A stretch of DNA of 64,000 nucleotides from an uncultured Methylomirabilota bacterium (GCA_963845565.1 CAWJSJ010000002.1:2496001-2560000), one strand, 5' to 3'. Counted from the stretch's first letter, positions 38,511 to 49,371 are shown. Notes: generated by a model not told the origin, from the sequence alone. Numbers and translations: made by a program.

Positions 38511-39332
38511 ATGTCACAGTACGCCGAACGGGCAGCCCATAACCTCGCCCTCGTACGCGAGAAGCGCCCGCTGATTCACAACATCACGAACTACGTCGTC
38601 ATGCAGTACACGGCCAACGCCTTGCTGGCGTTGGGCGCCTCGCCGGTCATGGCCCACGCGGTCGAGGAGATGGAGGAGATGGCCTCTCTGGCCGATGCCC
38701 TGGTCCTCAACATCGGCACGCTCTCCGGGCCGTGGATCGAGGGCATGCTCGTCGCGGGCCGCACGGCCTCCCGGCGGAAGATCCCCATCATCCTGGACCC
38801 GGTCGGCGCCGGCGCCACCCGGTTGCGGACGACGACGGCGGTGCGTCTGCTCGACGAGTGCCGGGTGACGGTCCTGCGCGGCAACGCCTCGGAGGTGCTG
38901 GCCGTCGCCCAGGGAGCCGGCGGCACCCGCGGCGTGGACGCGGCGCACAAGGTCGAGGACGCGGTGGAGGCGGCCCGGGAGTGGGCGCGCCGGCGATCTA
39001 TCATCGTGGCAATCACCGGAGCGGTGGATCACGTGACGGATGGGGGCGCGGTGCGCCGGGTGCACAACGGTCACCCGCTGATGGGGCGGATCACCGGGTC
39101 GGGATGCACCGCGACGACGGTCATCGGCGCCTTCTGCGCCGTCAACACCGATGCGGTAGAGGCGACGGCGAGTGCGCTGGCGTTCTACGGCCTGGCGGGC
39201 GAGTATGCGGCACGCGCGGGGAACCTGCCGGGGACATTCGCCGTCGGCCTGATCGATATGCTGCAGGCCGTGACGCCGGATCAGGTCACCCGTGAGGCTC
39301 GGATCGAGGGTGAAGGGGAGAGGCAGGCGTGA
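38511..39332 (+). CDS. thiM: Hydroxyethylthiazole kinase
   Basis: PLIHNITNYV, GASPVMA, NIGTL, LDPVGAGAT, RGNASE, TGSGC. Confidence 0.95.
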   Translation: MSQYAERAAHNLALVREKRPLIHNITNYVVMQYTANALLALGASPVMAHAVEEMEEMASLADALVLNIGTLSGPWIEGMLVAGRTASRRKIPIILDPVGAGATRLRTTTAVRLLDECRVTVLRGNASEVLAVAQGAGGTRGVDAAHKVEDAVEAAREWARRRSIIVAITGAVDHVTDGGAVRRVHNGHPLMGRITGSGCTATTVIGAFCAVNTDAVEATASALAFYGLAGEYAARAGNLPGTFAVGLIDMLQAVTPDQVTREARIEGEGERQA

Positions 39333-39338
39333 GGACGA

Positions 39339-40001
39339 TTGCGTCCCCCAAAGGCCGGCCGACCGGCACCGGATTACTCGCTGTACCTGGTGACCGATCC
39401 CGATCTGTCGAGGGGCCGGTCGCTGCTGGACGTGATCCGTGCCGCCGTTGACGGCGGCGTCACCTGCGTGCAGGTGCGGGAGAAGACGGCGTCGTCGCGG
39501 GACTACCTCGAGCGGTTGTCGGCCGTCCGAGGGCTGCTCCGCGAACGCAGCGTCCCGCTCTTCGTCAATGACCGGGTGGACATCGCGCTGGCCGTGGACG
39601 CCGACGGCATCCACCTCGGCCAGACGGACATGCCGCTGGCCCTGGCCAAGCGCGTCGCGGGTGACCGGCTGATCATCGGGATCTCGTGCGAGGCCCCACA
39701 GGATGCGGTCGAGGCGGAACGTGGGGGGGCCGATTACGTGAGCGTGAGCCCGGTGTTCGCGACACCGACCAAGACCGACACGGTGCCGGCGCTGGGACTC
39801 GACGGCGTGCGCGCGATCCGGGCCGCCGTCCGTCTGCCGGTGGTGACCATCGGCGGGATCAACGCGACCAACGCCGCCGGCGTCATCCGGGCGGGGGCGG
39901 ACGGGATCTGCGTCGTGTCGGCGATCGTCGCCGCGCCCGACCCGTGCGCGGCGGCCGCCTCGCTCCGTCGCATCGTCGAAGAGGCACGCCATGGAGCTTA
40001 A
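39339..40001 (+). CDS. thiE: Thiamine-phosphate synthase
   Basis: LYLVTD, QVREK, NDRVD, HLGQTD, TPTK, IGGI. Confidence 0.95.
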   Translation: MRPPKAGRPAPDYSLYLVTDPDLSRGRSLLDVIRAAVDGGVTCVQVREKTASSRDYLERLSAVRGLLRERSVPLFVNDRVDIALAVDADGIHLGQTDMPLALAKRVAGDRLIIGISCEAPQDAVEAERGGADYVSVSPVFATPTKTDTVPALGLDGVRAIRAAVRLPVVTIGGINATNAAGVIRAGADGICVVSAIVAAPDPCAAAASLRRIVEEARHGA

Positions 40002-41007
40002 AGAGATCGGCGAGTTCGGCTTCATCCGACGCGTGAGTCGGGGATGTCTGGTCCGACCGGAAGGCGTCGAGCGGGCCATCGGCGACGACGCCGCCGCCTT
40101 TGTCGTGCCGCCCGACCGATTGACGTTGGTGACGACGGACTTGCTGGTCGAACGGGTCCACTTCCTGCGGGACGCAACCACGCCGTTCAACCTGGGCCAC
40201 AAGGCCATGGCCGTCAACCTGAGCGACATCGCGGCCATGGGCGGCATTCCGCGCGAGGCGTTCGTCAGCACCGCCATCCCCGCCGGCTGCCCCGTGGAGT
40301 ATCTGGACGCACTGTACGACGGGATGAAGAGCCTGGCGGCTCGTCACGGGGTCAACATCTTGGGCGGCGACACGACGGGTTCTGTGGTCGACCTAGTCCT
40401 CAACGTGACCGTCGTTGGCCATGTCCGCCGTGATGAGGTGCTGTATCGCTCCGGGGCCAGACCAGGCGATATCGTGTGCCTCACCGGCACGGTCGGAGAC
40501 AGCCGCGCCGGCCTGCATTTCGTGCTGGAGAAGCTCTACCCCTCGGAAGCGGCCATGCGGACGCTGTTCGACGCCCACATCCTGCCCCGCCCGCACCTCG
40601 AAGAGGGGCGATTTCTGGCAGGGACGAGGGCGGCGACCGCGGCGTTGGATCTCAGCGACGGCCTGAGCTCGGATTTGATACACATCGTCGAGGAGAGCGG
40701 GGTGGGAATCCGCATTCACGCCGACCGGATTCCGATCTCCGCTGAGCTGCGGGAGTTCTGCGCAGCGCGTAATCGGGACCCCTTCCGTTTTGCCCTTGCG
40801 GGGGGCGAGGATTACGTGCTGGCCGTCACCGTGCGTCCGGATCGGATCGGCGAGGTGGGGCGGGACTTCGCCGCGCGCTTCGGCCGTCCGTTGTACTGCA
40901 TCGGCGAGGCGACCGACTCGGGACACCTAGAATTTGTCACACCGGACGGTCAGACCGAAACCGTGCGCCCCACCGGGTGGGACCATTTCGGCGAGCACGG
41001 GGTCTGA
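39991..41007 (+). CDS. thiL: Thiamine-monophosphate kinase
   Basis: GEFGFI, IGDDAA, VHF, NLSDIAAMG, GGDT, DLSDGL, GGEDY. Confidence 0.95.
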   Translation: MELKEIGEFGFIRRVSRGCLVRPEGVERAIGDDAAAFVVPPDRLTLVTTDLLVERVHFLRDATTPFNLGHKAMAVNLSDIAAMGGIPREAFVSTAIPAGCPVEYLDALYDGMKSLAARHGVNILGGDTTGSVVDLVLNVTVVGHVRRDEVLYRSGARPGDIVCLTGTVGDSRAGLHFVLEKLYPSEAAMRTLFDAHILPRPHLEEGRFLAGTRAATAALDLSDGLSSDLIHIVEESGVGIRIHADRIPISAELREFCAARNRDPFRFALAGGEDYVLAVTVRPDRIGEVGRDFAARFGRPLYCIGEATDSGHLEFVTPDGQTETVRPTGWDHFGEHGV

Positions 41008-41132
41008 CAGGCTGCTGAAAAAGGCCCATCTGCAGCGTTGGCCCGCCTCGCCACTCGCTGCGGCGTACCTGGAGTACGCCTCGCTCGGGCTACGGCGTTC
41101 CGCCTTGCATCTGGGCCTTTTTGAGCAGCCTG
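41008..41132. repeat. ~125 bp palindromic interspersed repeat (MITE/REP-like), copy 1
   Basis: CAGGCTGCTGAAAAAGGCCCA...TGGGCCTTTTTGAGCAGCCTG terminal inverted repeat; internal GGCGTAC-CTGGA-GTACGCC; second copy at 62845. Confidence 0.85.
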
Positions 41133-41168
41133 GGCGAAAGCAATGCTTCGGGCAGACCGTGCGAAGCT

Positions 41169-41453
41169 TTACCTCGGACGGGGCAGGTGGTCCGAGAGGA
41201 AGCGGTGCAAGTCGGCAGCCACCGCGGGCGGGATCGGCTGCGAAGGAAGTCGCCGGCAGAGGTTTGCCGTTGTCTTCAGGGTTTTGGCGAAATTGACGCA
41301 GGGGTCGCAGCCGTCCAGGTGCTTCCGGATCTCCTCGCAGATCTCCTGCGAGAGTTCTCCGTCCACGTATTCCGACAGCCGCTCGAACAGTTCCCGGCAG
41401 GTCATGGACATCCCGTCGTGCGTGTGATCGAAGGGTCGCTGCGCGTCACTCAT
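41169..41453 (-). CDS. Zinc-finger (zf-HC2) anti-sigma factor
   Basis: CRELFERLSEYVDGEL...HLDGCDPC (HxxxCxxC). Confidence 0.88.
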   Translation of the reverse strand: MSDAQRPFDHTHDGMSMTCRELFERLSEYVDGELSQEICEEIRKHLDGCDPCVNFAKTLKTTANLCRRLPSQPIPPAVAADLHRFLSDHLPRPR

Positions 41454-41492
41454 CAGATGTGATCCAGACCACGCGGTTTGGGTTCGCGCGCT

Positions 41493-42092
41493 CTACCGGG
41501 TCTGTGGCCCGGCCAAGTAGTCGGCAAGTTCCCGCCGGATGAACACCCGGGCGCGGTGCAGGCGGGACTTGACGGCAGGGACGGAAAGTCCCACGGCCTG
41601 GGCCGTCTCCTCGGCAGACAGCCCCTCCACGTCTCGGAGGACGAGGACGATCTTGTAGTCCTTGGGTAACTTGTCGATGGCGTTCTCCATCCGCGCAGAC
41701 AGCTCGCCGTGGAGCAATGCCCGCTCCGCATCCCCGGACCAATCGGCTATCTCCGGCCTGCGGCCCTCGGCATCCGGCCGAGGCATCAGGTCGTCCAGTG
41801 AGAACTCCTGTTCGGGGGTCGGTTCGTGGACGCCCCGCCGCCGTTTCTTGAGGCAGGCGTTAGAGGCGATCCGGTAGAGCCAGGTGCTGAACTTGCTCTC
41901 CTCCCGGAACTCCCGGATCGAGCGGATCACGCCGAGGAAGGTCTCCTGCAGGATATCCTTGGCATCCTCGACGTTCCGACACATCCGCATCGCAAAGCTG
42001 TACACGCGGTCCTGGTGGGTCCGGACCAGCGCGTCCAATGCGGCGGAATCCCCGCTCTTGGAGGCGGCGATGAGGGCTCGCTCATCCGTCAT
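41493..42092 (-). CDS. ECF sigma-70 factor
   Basis: DAKDILQETF, FSTWLYRIASN, LRDVEGLS, VKSRLHRAR. Confidence 0.92.
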   Translation of the reverse strand: MTDERALIAASKSGDSAALDALVRTHQDRVYSFAMRMCRNVEDAKDILQETFLGVIRSIREFREESKFSTWLYRIASNACLKKRRRGVHEPTPEQEFSLDDLMPRPDAEGRRPEIADWSGDAERALLHGELSARMENAIDKLPKDYKIVLVLRDVEGLSAEETAQAVGLSVPAVKSRLHRARVFIRRELADYLAGPQTR

Positions 42093-42588
42093 GGCGTCTC
42101 CGCTGCGGGGGGCCGCCGGACCCGGCCGGATCGCCGAGCGGCGCCACCGTCCCGCGGGTCACACGGATCAGATCCTGGGGGGCGAGGAGGATCTGCATCC
42201 CGCGCATCCCCGCGCTGATGCTGATGGTCGGCTGTTCCAGGGCGCGGCCGTCCAGGTACACAGGGTACACCTTTTTGCCGCCAAGGGGGGAGACGCCGCC
42301 CCGGATGTACCCGGTCAGCCGCAGGATCTCGTCCGTCTCGACGAGCGCCACCTGCTTGTCGCCGGAGGCGCGGGCCAATGATTTCAACGAGAGCGTGGTG
42401 GTTCCCGGCAGGCATACCAGGATCACGCCGGTCCGATCCCCCCGCGCGACCAGCGTCTTGAAGACCTGATCGAGGGGGATGTCGAGCTTCTCGGCGACCT
42501 CCTCGGCGCCGAGCTCCGTCTCCTGGAATTCGCGGACCGTGTAGGAGACACCGGCTCGGTCCAGGGCCTGCATCGCACGTGTCTTCAT
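42082..42588 (-). CDS. ybaK: Cys-tRNA(Pro) deacylase
   Basis: KTRAM, VFKTLV, TGYIRGGVSPLG, SAGMRG. Confidence 0.9.
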   Translation of the reverse strand: MKTRAMQALDRAGVSYTVREFQETELGAEEVAEKLDIPLDQVFKTLVARGDRTGVILVCLPGTTTLSLKSLARASGDKQVALVETDEILRLTGYIRGGVSPLGGKKVYPVYLDGRALEQPTISISAGMRGMQILLAPQDLIRVTRGTVAPLGDPAGSGGPPQRRRHDG

Positions 42589-42836
42589 CGGTGCGGAAGG
42601 CTAGCACCGACTCCGGCAGGGCGTCAAGGCATGCCTGCGCGCCTGCGGGACGGACGATGCCGGCGGCGACCTGTGGGGCGAGGTGAGACCGCGAAATCCG
42701 CTTGACATGCTCCCGGAGCCCGCGGATATTCACACAGGGAGCGCCGGAGGGCGGCTTGCGCGGTGGATCGAACGCGGTCTCGTTCTGACGACCGAGCGGC
42801 ATCGGGCGGACGGGGACGGGCGCAGGGGAGGCAGCC

Positions 42837-43286
42837 ATGGCGACATCGGAGGTCCGGAAGCTGCGGCATCAGCTCGCGGGGATGGTGCGGGAGTATGAAG
42901 GGCATCTCTTGCGATTGGAGGGGCAGCTCCTCGTCCTGCGCGCCAAGGCTGCGCGCGCCGGCGAGGACGCCGGGGCCCGGTTCGCCGGTCTGCTGACGCA
43001 GGTCGAGCGGGAGGTCGAGGCGGCCAAGGAGCTGGGTCGGTCGGCCCTGGCCGGCGTGGAGCGGGCCGCCGACGCCGCGAAGACGTGCCTGGCCGATCTC
43101 CAGAATCGCATCGAGGACGCGAAGCCCAAGACGGCGACGGTGGCGGCGAAAGGGAAGGCTGTGGTGCGGCGGGCCACCATCGAGGCCAAGGCGCTCCGGC
43201 ACGGGGTGCGTGTCGGCCTGCGCGTCGCACGGCGAGTGTCGAGGCGCACGAAGACCGCGAAGGGGGGAGCCGCTGCCAAAGAATGA
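42837..43286 (+). CDS. Hypothetical helical/coiled-coil protein with basic C-terminus
   Basis: GGGAGG RBS; GC3-rich codons; upstream TTGACA-N17-GATATT at 42702. Confidence 0.7.
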   Translation: MATSEVRKLRHQLAGMVREYEGHLLRLEGQLLVLRAKAARAGEDAGARFAGLLTQVEREVEAAKELGRSALAGVERAADAAKTCLADLQNRIEDAKPKTATVAAKGKAVVRRATIEAKALRHGVRVGLRVARRVSRRTKTAKGGAAAKE

Positions 43287-43371
43287 ACTACGCACCGGAA
43301 ATCCCGTAACGGCTCCTACGGCGCCGCGCGGTGCGGATGCGGGCTGAGGCATACTTGGGGAAGGACGGGAG

Positions 43372-43758
43372 ATGAGGACAGCGCTCGTAGTGTTCGCGGT
43401 GGCGATGTGGGCGTCGGTGGTCTTCGCGGGAGCGGCGCAGTGGAAGGCGCCGGCGTCCGTCACAGCGACCAAGAATCCCCTGGATCAGGCGACCGGCCTC
43501 AAGCTGGGGGGGCCGCTGTTCCAGGAGAACTGCGCGATTTGTCACGGCAAAGCGGGCAAGGGTGACGGCGAGGCCGCCGCCGCCATGAACCCCCGGCCCA
43601 AGCCGCTCGGCGACAAGGCCGTCCAGGCCCAAACGGATGGCGAGCTCTTCTGGAAGATCTCCGAGGGGCGCGAGGCCATGCCGGGCTGGAAGAGCATTTC
43701 CGAGAAGGAACGGTGGGCGCTCGTCCACCACATTCGCAGCCTGGCCGGGAAGAAGTGA
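43372..43758 (+). CDS. Monoheme cytochrome c
   Basis: Signal peptide; NCAICHG, DGELFWKI, MPGW. Confidence 0.9.
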   Translation: MRTALVVFAVAMWASVVFAGAAQWKAPASVTATKNPLDQATGLKLGGPLFQENCAICHGKAGKGDGEAAAAMNPRPKPLGDKAVQAQTDGELFWKISEGREAMPGWKSISEKERWALVHHIRSLAGKK

Positions 43759-43789
43759 GCCGTTGCGGTCGATTCCCACCGTCCGTCGC

Positions 43790-43803
43790 TTGATCCAGGT
43801 CAA
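43790..43803. promoter_or_regulatory. FNR/CRP-family box candidate
   Basis: TTGAT-CCAG-GTCAA, one mismatch to TTGAT-N4-ATCAA, upstream of ywiC-like gene. Confidence 0.5.
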
Positions 43804-43947
43804 GGGCTGTGCCGACGTTTCGCGGTCGCGTGAACCTGCGCCGCGCCCCCCCGCGCATCCGAAGGCTCCCGCGCGCGGGATGCGGTGTCCCGCACGACTC
43901 GGTAAGGAGAGATGTTTCGGGCAAGCGTGAAGACTCCGAGGAATCCC

Positions 43948-44760
43948 ATGGGCGACGGAGCCATCGGCCGGCCAATCGTTCCGAAAGAGCACGGCGCGTG
44001 GGCGGTGCTCTATGGCGCGTTTCTGGCGGGTGTCGGCGTCGCCGGCCGGCTGACCGTGCCCGGGATGCTGCTCCTGGGGGCGGTGACGCTGCTGGCCTTC
44101 GCGAACGGTCCGCTGGCTCTGCTCCTCCGGCCGGCGGCTGGCCCCTTGCCTTCCACGGAACGCCGGCGTGCGTTGGTGTGGATCGCGATCTACGCGGCCG
44201 GCGCGGCGGCGTGCCTCGCGCCGCTGGTGGCAGTGTACCGGATGACCTTCCTGTTCCCCTTTGCCATGGTGGCGGCGTGCGCCTTCCTCTTGCGGGGGTT
44301 TTTCGTCCGGCAGGGAGACGACCGCAGTCTCCCGGGTGAACTTGTGGGCGTGGCCGCTTTGACGCTGGTCGGCCCCATGGCGCATGCCGTCGCGGTCGAT
44401 GGCGCGCAGCCGGTTGGCGCCGTGCTGTGGCTTCTCCTGGTCCTCTTCTTTGCCAGCGGGGTGTTCTACGTGCGGATGCGGATCCGCGTCATGCTGGCCC
44501 AGCGACGGGGTATCCCGGCCGTGTCGAGCCGCGCGCGATGGTCGTGCGTCGTCTTCCACGCCTTCTTGCTCTTGCTCATCCCCGGCCTGGCTGTGGGGCA
44601 TCTCATCCCCTGGGCGGTCCTCCTGGCGTTCGCCCCCGCGCTCTGGCGGGCGGCCACCGGTCTGCGGCGGCGGGACGCCACGCTCAACCTCAAGCGGTTG
44701 GGTTGGTCCGAGGTCGGGCTCACGGCCGTCTTCGTCCTACTCCTCATCGCCTCCCTCTGA
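43948..44760 (+). CDS. YwiC-like membrane protein
   Basis: PKEHGAWAVL N-terminal motif; KRLGWSE C-terminal motif; multiple TMs. Confidence 0.8.
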   Translation: MGDGAIGRPIVPKEHGAWAVLYGAFLAGVGVAGRLTVPGMLLLGAVTLLAFANGPLALLLRPAAGPLPSTERRRALVWIAIYAAGAAACLAPLVAVYRMTFLFPFAMVAACAFLLRGFFVRQGDDRSLPGELVGVAALTLVGPMAHAVAVDGAQPVGAVLWLLLVLFFASGVFYVRMRIRVMLAQRRGIPAVSSRARWSCVVFHAFLLLLIPGLAVGHLIPWAVLLAFAPALWRAATGLRRRDATLNLKRLGWSEVGLTAVFVLLLIASL

Positions 44761-44872
44761 TCGCCGAGAGCAGTCAGTGGCGGCGCGGCGCGCGATCCGG
44801 CCGGATTCCTTGCGCTATGAGGTTGGTGGCGCGGTCTTTCTATGGTAAAAATCTAGGCGAGAGGATACCCCT

Positions 44873-46186
44873 ATGGCAGTGCCCATCATTGCGATCGTTG
44901 GCCGACCGAACGTCGGCAAGTCCACGCTCTTCAACCGCCTGGCGGGTGGGCGGCGGGCCATCGTGGACGACATGCCTGGCGTGACCCGTGACCGCCTGTA
45001 CGCCGAGGTGGAATGGGGTGGGCGGCGGTTTACCCTGGTGGATACCGGCGGCTACGAGCCGGAGGGGACAGGTATCCTCGCGCAGGTGCGCGCGCAAGCG
45101 GCACAGGCGGTCGCCGAGGCGGATGCGATCCTCTTCCTGGTGGACGCAAAGGAGGGCCTCACCCCGACCGACACCGAAGTGGCGCGTCTGTTACGCATCG
45201 GCGCGACGAAACCGATCCTCCTCGTTGCCAACAAAGTGGACTCCGTGAGTCAAACGGCGCTTACCGCCGATTTCTACCGCCTCGGCTTCGATCCCATCCA
45301 CCCCGTGTCCGCGGAGCAGGGGCAGGGGACGGGCGACCTGTTGGACGCCGTGGCCGCGGCGGTGCCGGAGCGCGAGACCCCTGCGGACGCCGCCGGCGCG
45401 ATCACGGTGGCGGTGGTCGGGCGCCCGAATGTCGGGAAGTCGTCGCTGGTCAACCGGATCCTGGGCGCCGAGCGCGTCGTGGTGAGCGACGAACCGGGGA
45501 CGACCCGCGACGCCATCGACACGCGGTTCACCTACCAGGGGACGGACTACATCCTGGTGGACACCGCCGGGATCCGGGCCAAGGGTCGCCTCGGGCGGTC
45601 GGTGGAACGCTACAGCGTCTCGCGAGCGCTGGCGGCCGTGCGCCGCGCCGACGTGGTCCTGACCCTGATCGATGGGGTGGAGGGCGTCACGGCCCAAGAC
45701 GCCAACGTCGGCGGCGAGGCCCACGAGGCGGGCTGTGCCAGCATTCTGGTGGTGAACAAGTGGGATCTCCGGAAAGGCGATGCCGAGGCGGCGGATGCAT
45801 TCCGGCTGGCCCTAGAGGACAAATTCAAATACCTCGCCTATGCGCCGATCGCGTTCATCTCCGCCCTCACCGGACAGAAGGTCCTCTCGCTTTTCGAGTT
45901 GATCGACGCCGTGGCGGCGGAGCGGGCACGCCGGATCCCGACGGCGGAACTCAACGCGGTGATCCTCGAGGCGGTGGAGCGCCGCCCACCGCCCGCCGAG
46001 CGAGGCCGCGCCGTTCGTATCCGGTACGTGACCCAGACCGGCGTCAAGCCGCCGACCTTTGTCTGTTTTGCGACGAACCGGAGCGATCTGCACTTCTCGT
46101 ATATGCGCTACCTCGAAAACTGCCTGCGCCAGCGCTACGGATTTCGAGGAACGCCAATCCGGCTGGCCATCCGGGGCCGGGAATGA
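44873..46186 (+). CDS. der: Ribosome biogenesis GTPase Der (EngA)
   Basis: Two GRPNVGKS domains, DTGG/DTAG, NKVD/NKWD, KH-like C-terminus. Confidence 0.97.
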   Translation: MAVPIIAIVGRPNVGKSTLFNRLAGGRRAIVDDMPGVTRDRLYAEVEWGGRRFTLVDTGGYEPEGTGILAQVRAQAAQAVAEADAILFLVDAKEGLTPTDTEVARLLRIGATKPILLVANKVDSVSQTALTADFYRLGFDPIHPVSAEQGQGTGDLLDAVAAAVPERETPADAAGAITVAVVGRPNVGKSSLVNRILGAERVVVSDEPGTTRDAIDTRFTYQGTDYILVDTAGIRAKGRLGRSVERYSVSRALAAVRRADVVLTLIDGVEGVTAQDANVGGEAHEAGCASILVVNKWDLRKGDAEAADAFRLALEDKFKYLAYAPIAFISALTGQKVLSLFELIDAVAAERARRIPTAELNAVILEAVERRPPPAERGRAVRIRYVTQTGVKPPTFVCFATNRSDLHFSYMRYLENCLRQRYGFRGTPIRLAIRGRE

Positions 46187-47826
46187 GGTCTGAAGCCGAG
46201 AAGTCGAGCCAAGAGCCGCGAGCCGCGAGCCACGAGTCCGCGACGACACCGGAGGGTGGCGCGGGCGTCGCGCCGTCGGACCTGCCGGCGCCCACCCGGT
46301 CTGAGGCTGCGACGGACCAACCGGCGGGCGATACTCCCGCTCGCCGCTGGGATGTCGTGGTTGTCGGGGGTGGAATTGGCGGGCTGGCCGCCGCGGGCCT
46401 GTTGGCCAAAGCCGGTCGAAGCGTGCTGCTCCTGGAGCGGTCGCTGCGAGTGGGCGGGGCGTGCGTTGGCGTCCTGCAGGACGGGCACCGGTACGATCTC
46501 GGCGTCAGTCTGATTACCGGCGTTGGCCCCCAGGGGGCAGTAACCGGGTTGTGCGAACGGCTCGGACTCAACCTGCCGACGGCCGCCTGTGACCCGACGG
46601 TTCAAGTGGCGCTGCCGCGGCATCGGCTGAGTTTGCCGCTGACGGTGGATGGCTGGTGGCCGGAGATTCATCGAGAATTTCCCGACGACGAGGCTGGGTG
46701 GCATACCCTGCTCTCCGATCTGGCCGTGCTGGCGGGCGACCGGGATCGGCTGGCACGGAGCCTCCCACCGCTCCCGCCCCGGGGTTGGCGTTCGCGGCTG
46801 CGGTGGTGGCGTGCGCTCCGCCTGCCGGGGCCGTCCGCACCGCCACGCCACGCGATCCGGCAGTTGCGGAAGGCCGCCGCCACACCGTTCCACGATACGC
46901 TGAAGGAGCATGGTCTGGGCGCCACGAGTCGGCAGGCGCTGGAGGCGTGTCTCTGGTATCTGCTGCTGCGGGGCGCCGACGAATGTTCGACGCTGGAGGC
47001 CGCCGTCGGCCTCCAGCGGTTGCGGGAGGGGGTCGCGGTCCTGCCGTCCGGTCCCACGGCCCTGGCCGAAGCGCTCGCCGGGCAGATCCGAGCGCACGGC
47101 GGTGAGATCCGTCTGGGAACGGAGGCTGCGGCGTGTGTGGCCGACCGAGGGCGGATCGTGGGGGTGAAGACGACGACCGGCGAGATGCTCCGCGCCCGCT
47201 GGGTCGTGACGGACATTCCACCCGACACCCTGGCGCAGCGCCTGCTTCCGACAGCCCGTGGCTGGTTCCAGCGACGCTCCGTCCCGTCGGGCCCCTGGCA
47301 GCCCCGCTACGTCGCCCAGGTCATGGGGGTGACGATCCCCAAGGCGTTCCTGCCGTCGGAGCTGGGATTCCACTGTGTCATTGTCCGGGACGCCGGGCGG
47401 CCGGCGCAGGCCGAGAACCTGGTCTTTGTCCGCAGGGCCCAAGACGACGCTGGCGCGGAAGGGGCCGGCCGGTTCGCCCGTTTGAGCATCGGCCGGTTCG
47501 TGCCGCCCGTGGCGCCGATGGAGGACGCGGTCGTGACGGCCGCGCTTCTGGGGGCGTTGGATCAAATCCTTCCCGGAGCCGCGGATGTAATCGTGCATCG
47601 CGCGCTGCTTCCGTCGTCCCTTCTCGGGGAGGTGTGGGGCAGGCCCTCAGCCGTGGTGCGTTATGAGGTCGACTCCCGCGAGTGGCTGGGGCGACGGGGA
47701 TTCCCCCACGAGGTCGGCTGGCCCGGCCTCTTGGCGGTCGGCGAGTGGACGCATCCGGGGCGCTTGGTTTCGGATGTGGTGGAAGGTGCCATGTCCGTGG
47801 CGGACGTGATCGCCGCCGCCGGGTAA
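46183..47826 (+). CDS. FAD-dependent oxidoreductase, phytoene desaturase-like
   Basis: DVVVVGGGIGGLAAA...LLE; GLLAVGEWTHPG; ATGA overlap with der. Confidence 0.75.
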   Translation: MRSEAEKSSQEPRAASHESATTPEGGAGVAPSDLPAPTRSEAATDQPAGDTPARRWDVVVVGGGIGGLAAAGLLAKAGRSVLLLERSLRVGGACVGVLQDGHRYDLGVSLITGVGPQGAVTGLCERLGLNLPTAACDPTVQVALPRHRLSLPLTVDGWWPEIHREFPDDEAGWHTLLSDLAVLAGDRDRLARSLPPLPPRGWRSRLRWWRALRLPGPSAPPRHAIRQLRKAAATPFHDTLKEHGLGATSRQALEACLWYLLLRGADECSTLEAAVGLQRLREGVAVLPSGPTALAEALAGQIRAHGGEIRLGTEAAACVADRGRIVGVKTTTGEMLRARWVVTDIPPDTLAQRLLPTARGWFQRRSVPSGPWQPRYVAQVMGVTIPKAFLPSELGFHCVIVRDAGRPAQAENLVFVRRAQDDAGAEGAGRFARLSIGRFVPPVAPMEDAVVTAALLGALDQILPGAADVIVHRALLPSSLLGEVWGRPSAVVRYEVDSREWLGRRGFPHEVGWPGLLAVGEWTHPGRLVSDVVEGAMSVADVIAAAG

Positions 47827-48037
47827 GTCAGCACGGAGCGGCATAGCGAGGACCAGACGGCCAGAAGGGCCGGAAAGGACCTTGACACCTCCGGACCCCT
47901 GTGTTACGAGAATCGGACCGCGCGGCTCCACTATCCGTGAGAATGTTGCCGGGCTGAGAGAGGGGGTCCGCGAGATGATGCGGGGCACCTTGGCCCCGGG
48001 CATCATTGTGCGCAGGTAGCGTCCCGTTCTCTGGTGA

Positions 48038-48994
<957 letters not shown>

Positions 48995-49065
48995 TTAGGG
49001 TTGGGGGTCGCTTTTCCCGGGGGGGTTTCTTCGCTCCGGGGGCATTGGGGGGAGGTACGGTCGGC

Positions 49066-49371
49066 ATGCGAACGCGGCTTGCGAAACTCGGAACTGCGCT
49101 GCTCGTGACCTTGGCGGTCACGGGGTGCGGACCGGACGTCAAGAAGGAAAATGACCAGCTCAAAGCCCAGGTGGAGACGCTGCAAAAAGAGAATCTGGCC
49201 CTGAAAGGGGAGGCCACGTCGCTCAAAGCGGACGCCGAAGCGATGAGGAAACGCGTCGAGGCGATGAACCAGGAGAAGCAAGCGCTCGAGTCGCAACTCA
49301 AAGACGCCGAAGCCAAGATAGCCATCAAGCCGGGGACCAAGCCCCCGCTCAAGCCGAAGAAAACGTCCTGA
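49066..49371 (+). CDS. Coiled-coil lipoprotein
   Basis: Lipobox VTGC; heptad-rich body; GGAGG RBS. Confidence 0.75.
   Translation: MRTRLAKLGTALLVTLAVTGCGPDVKKENDQLKAQVETLQKENLALKGEATSLKADAEAMRKRVEAMNQEKQALESQLKDAEAKIAIKPGTKPPLKPKKTS

Noticed and set aside
45013..46182. 937-aa ORF as a single protein
   Set aside because: Its N-terminal part is an alternative frame over der; the likely start is ATG 46183
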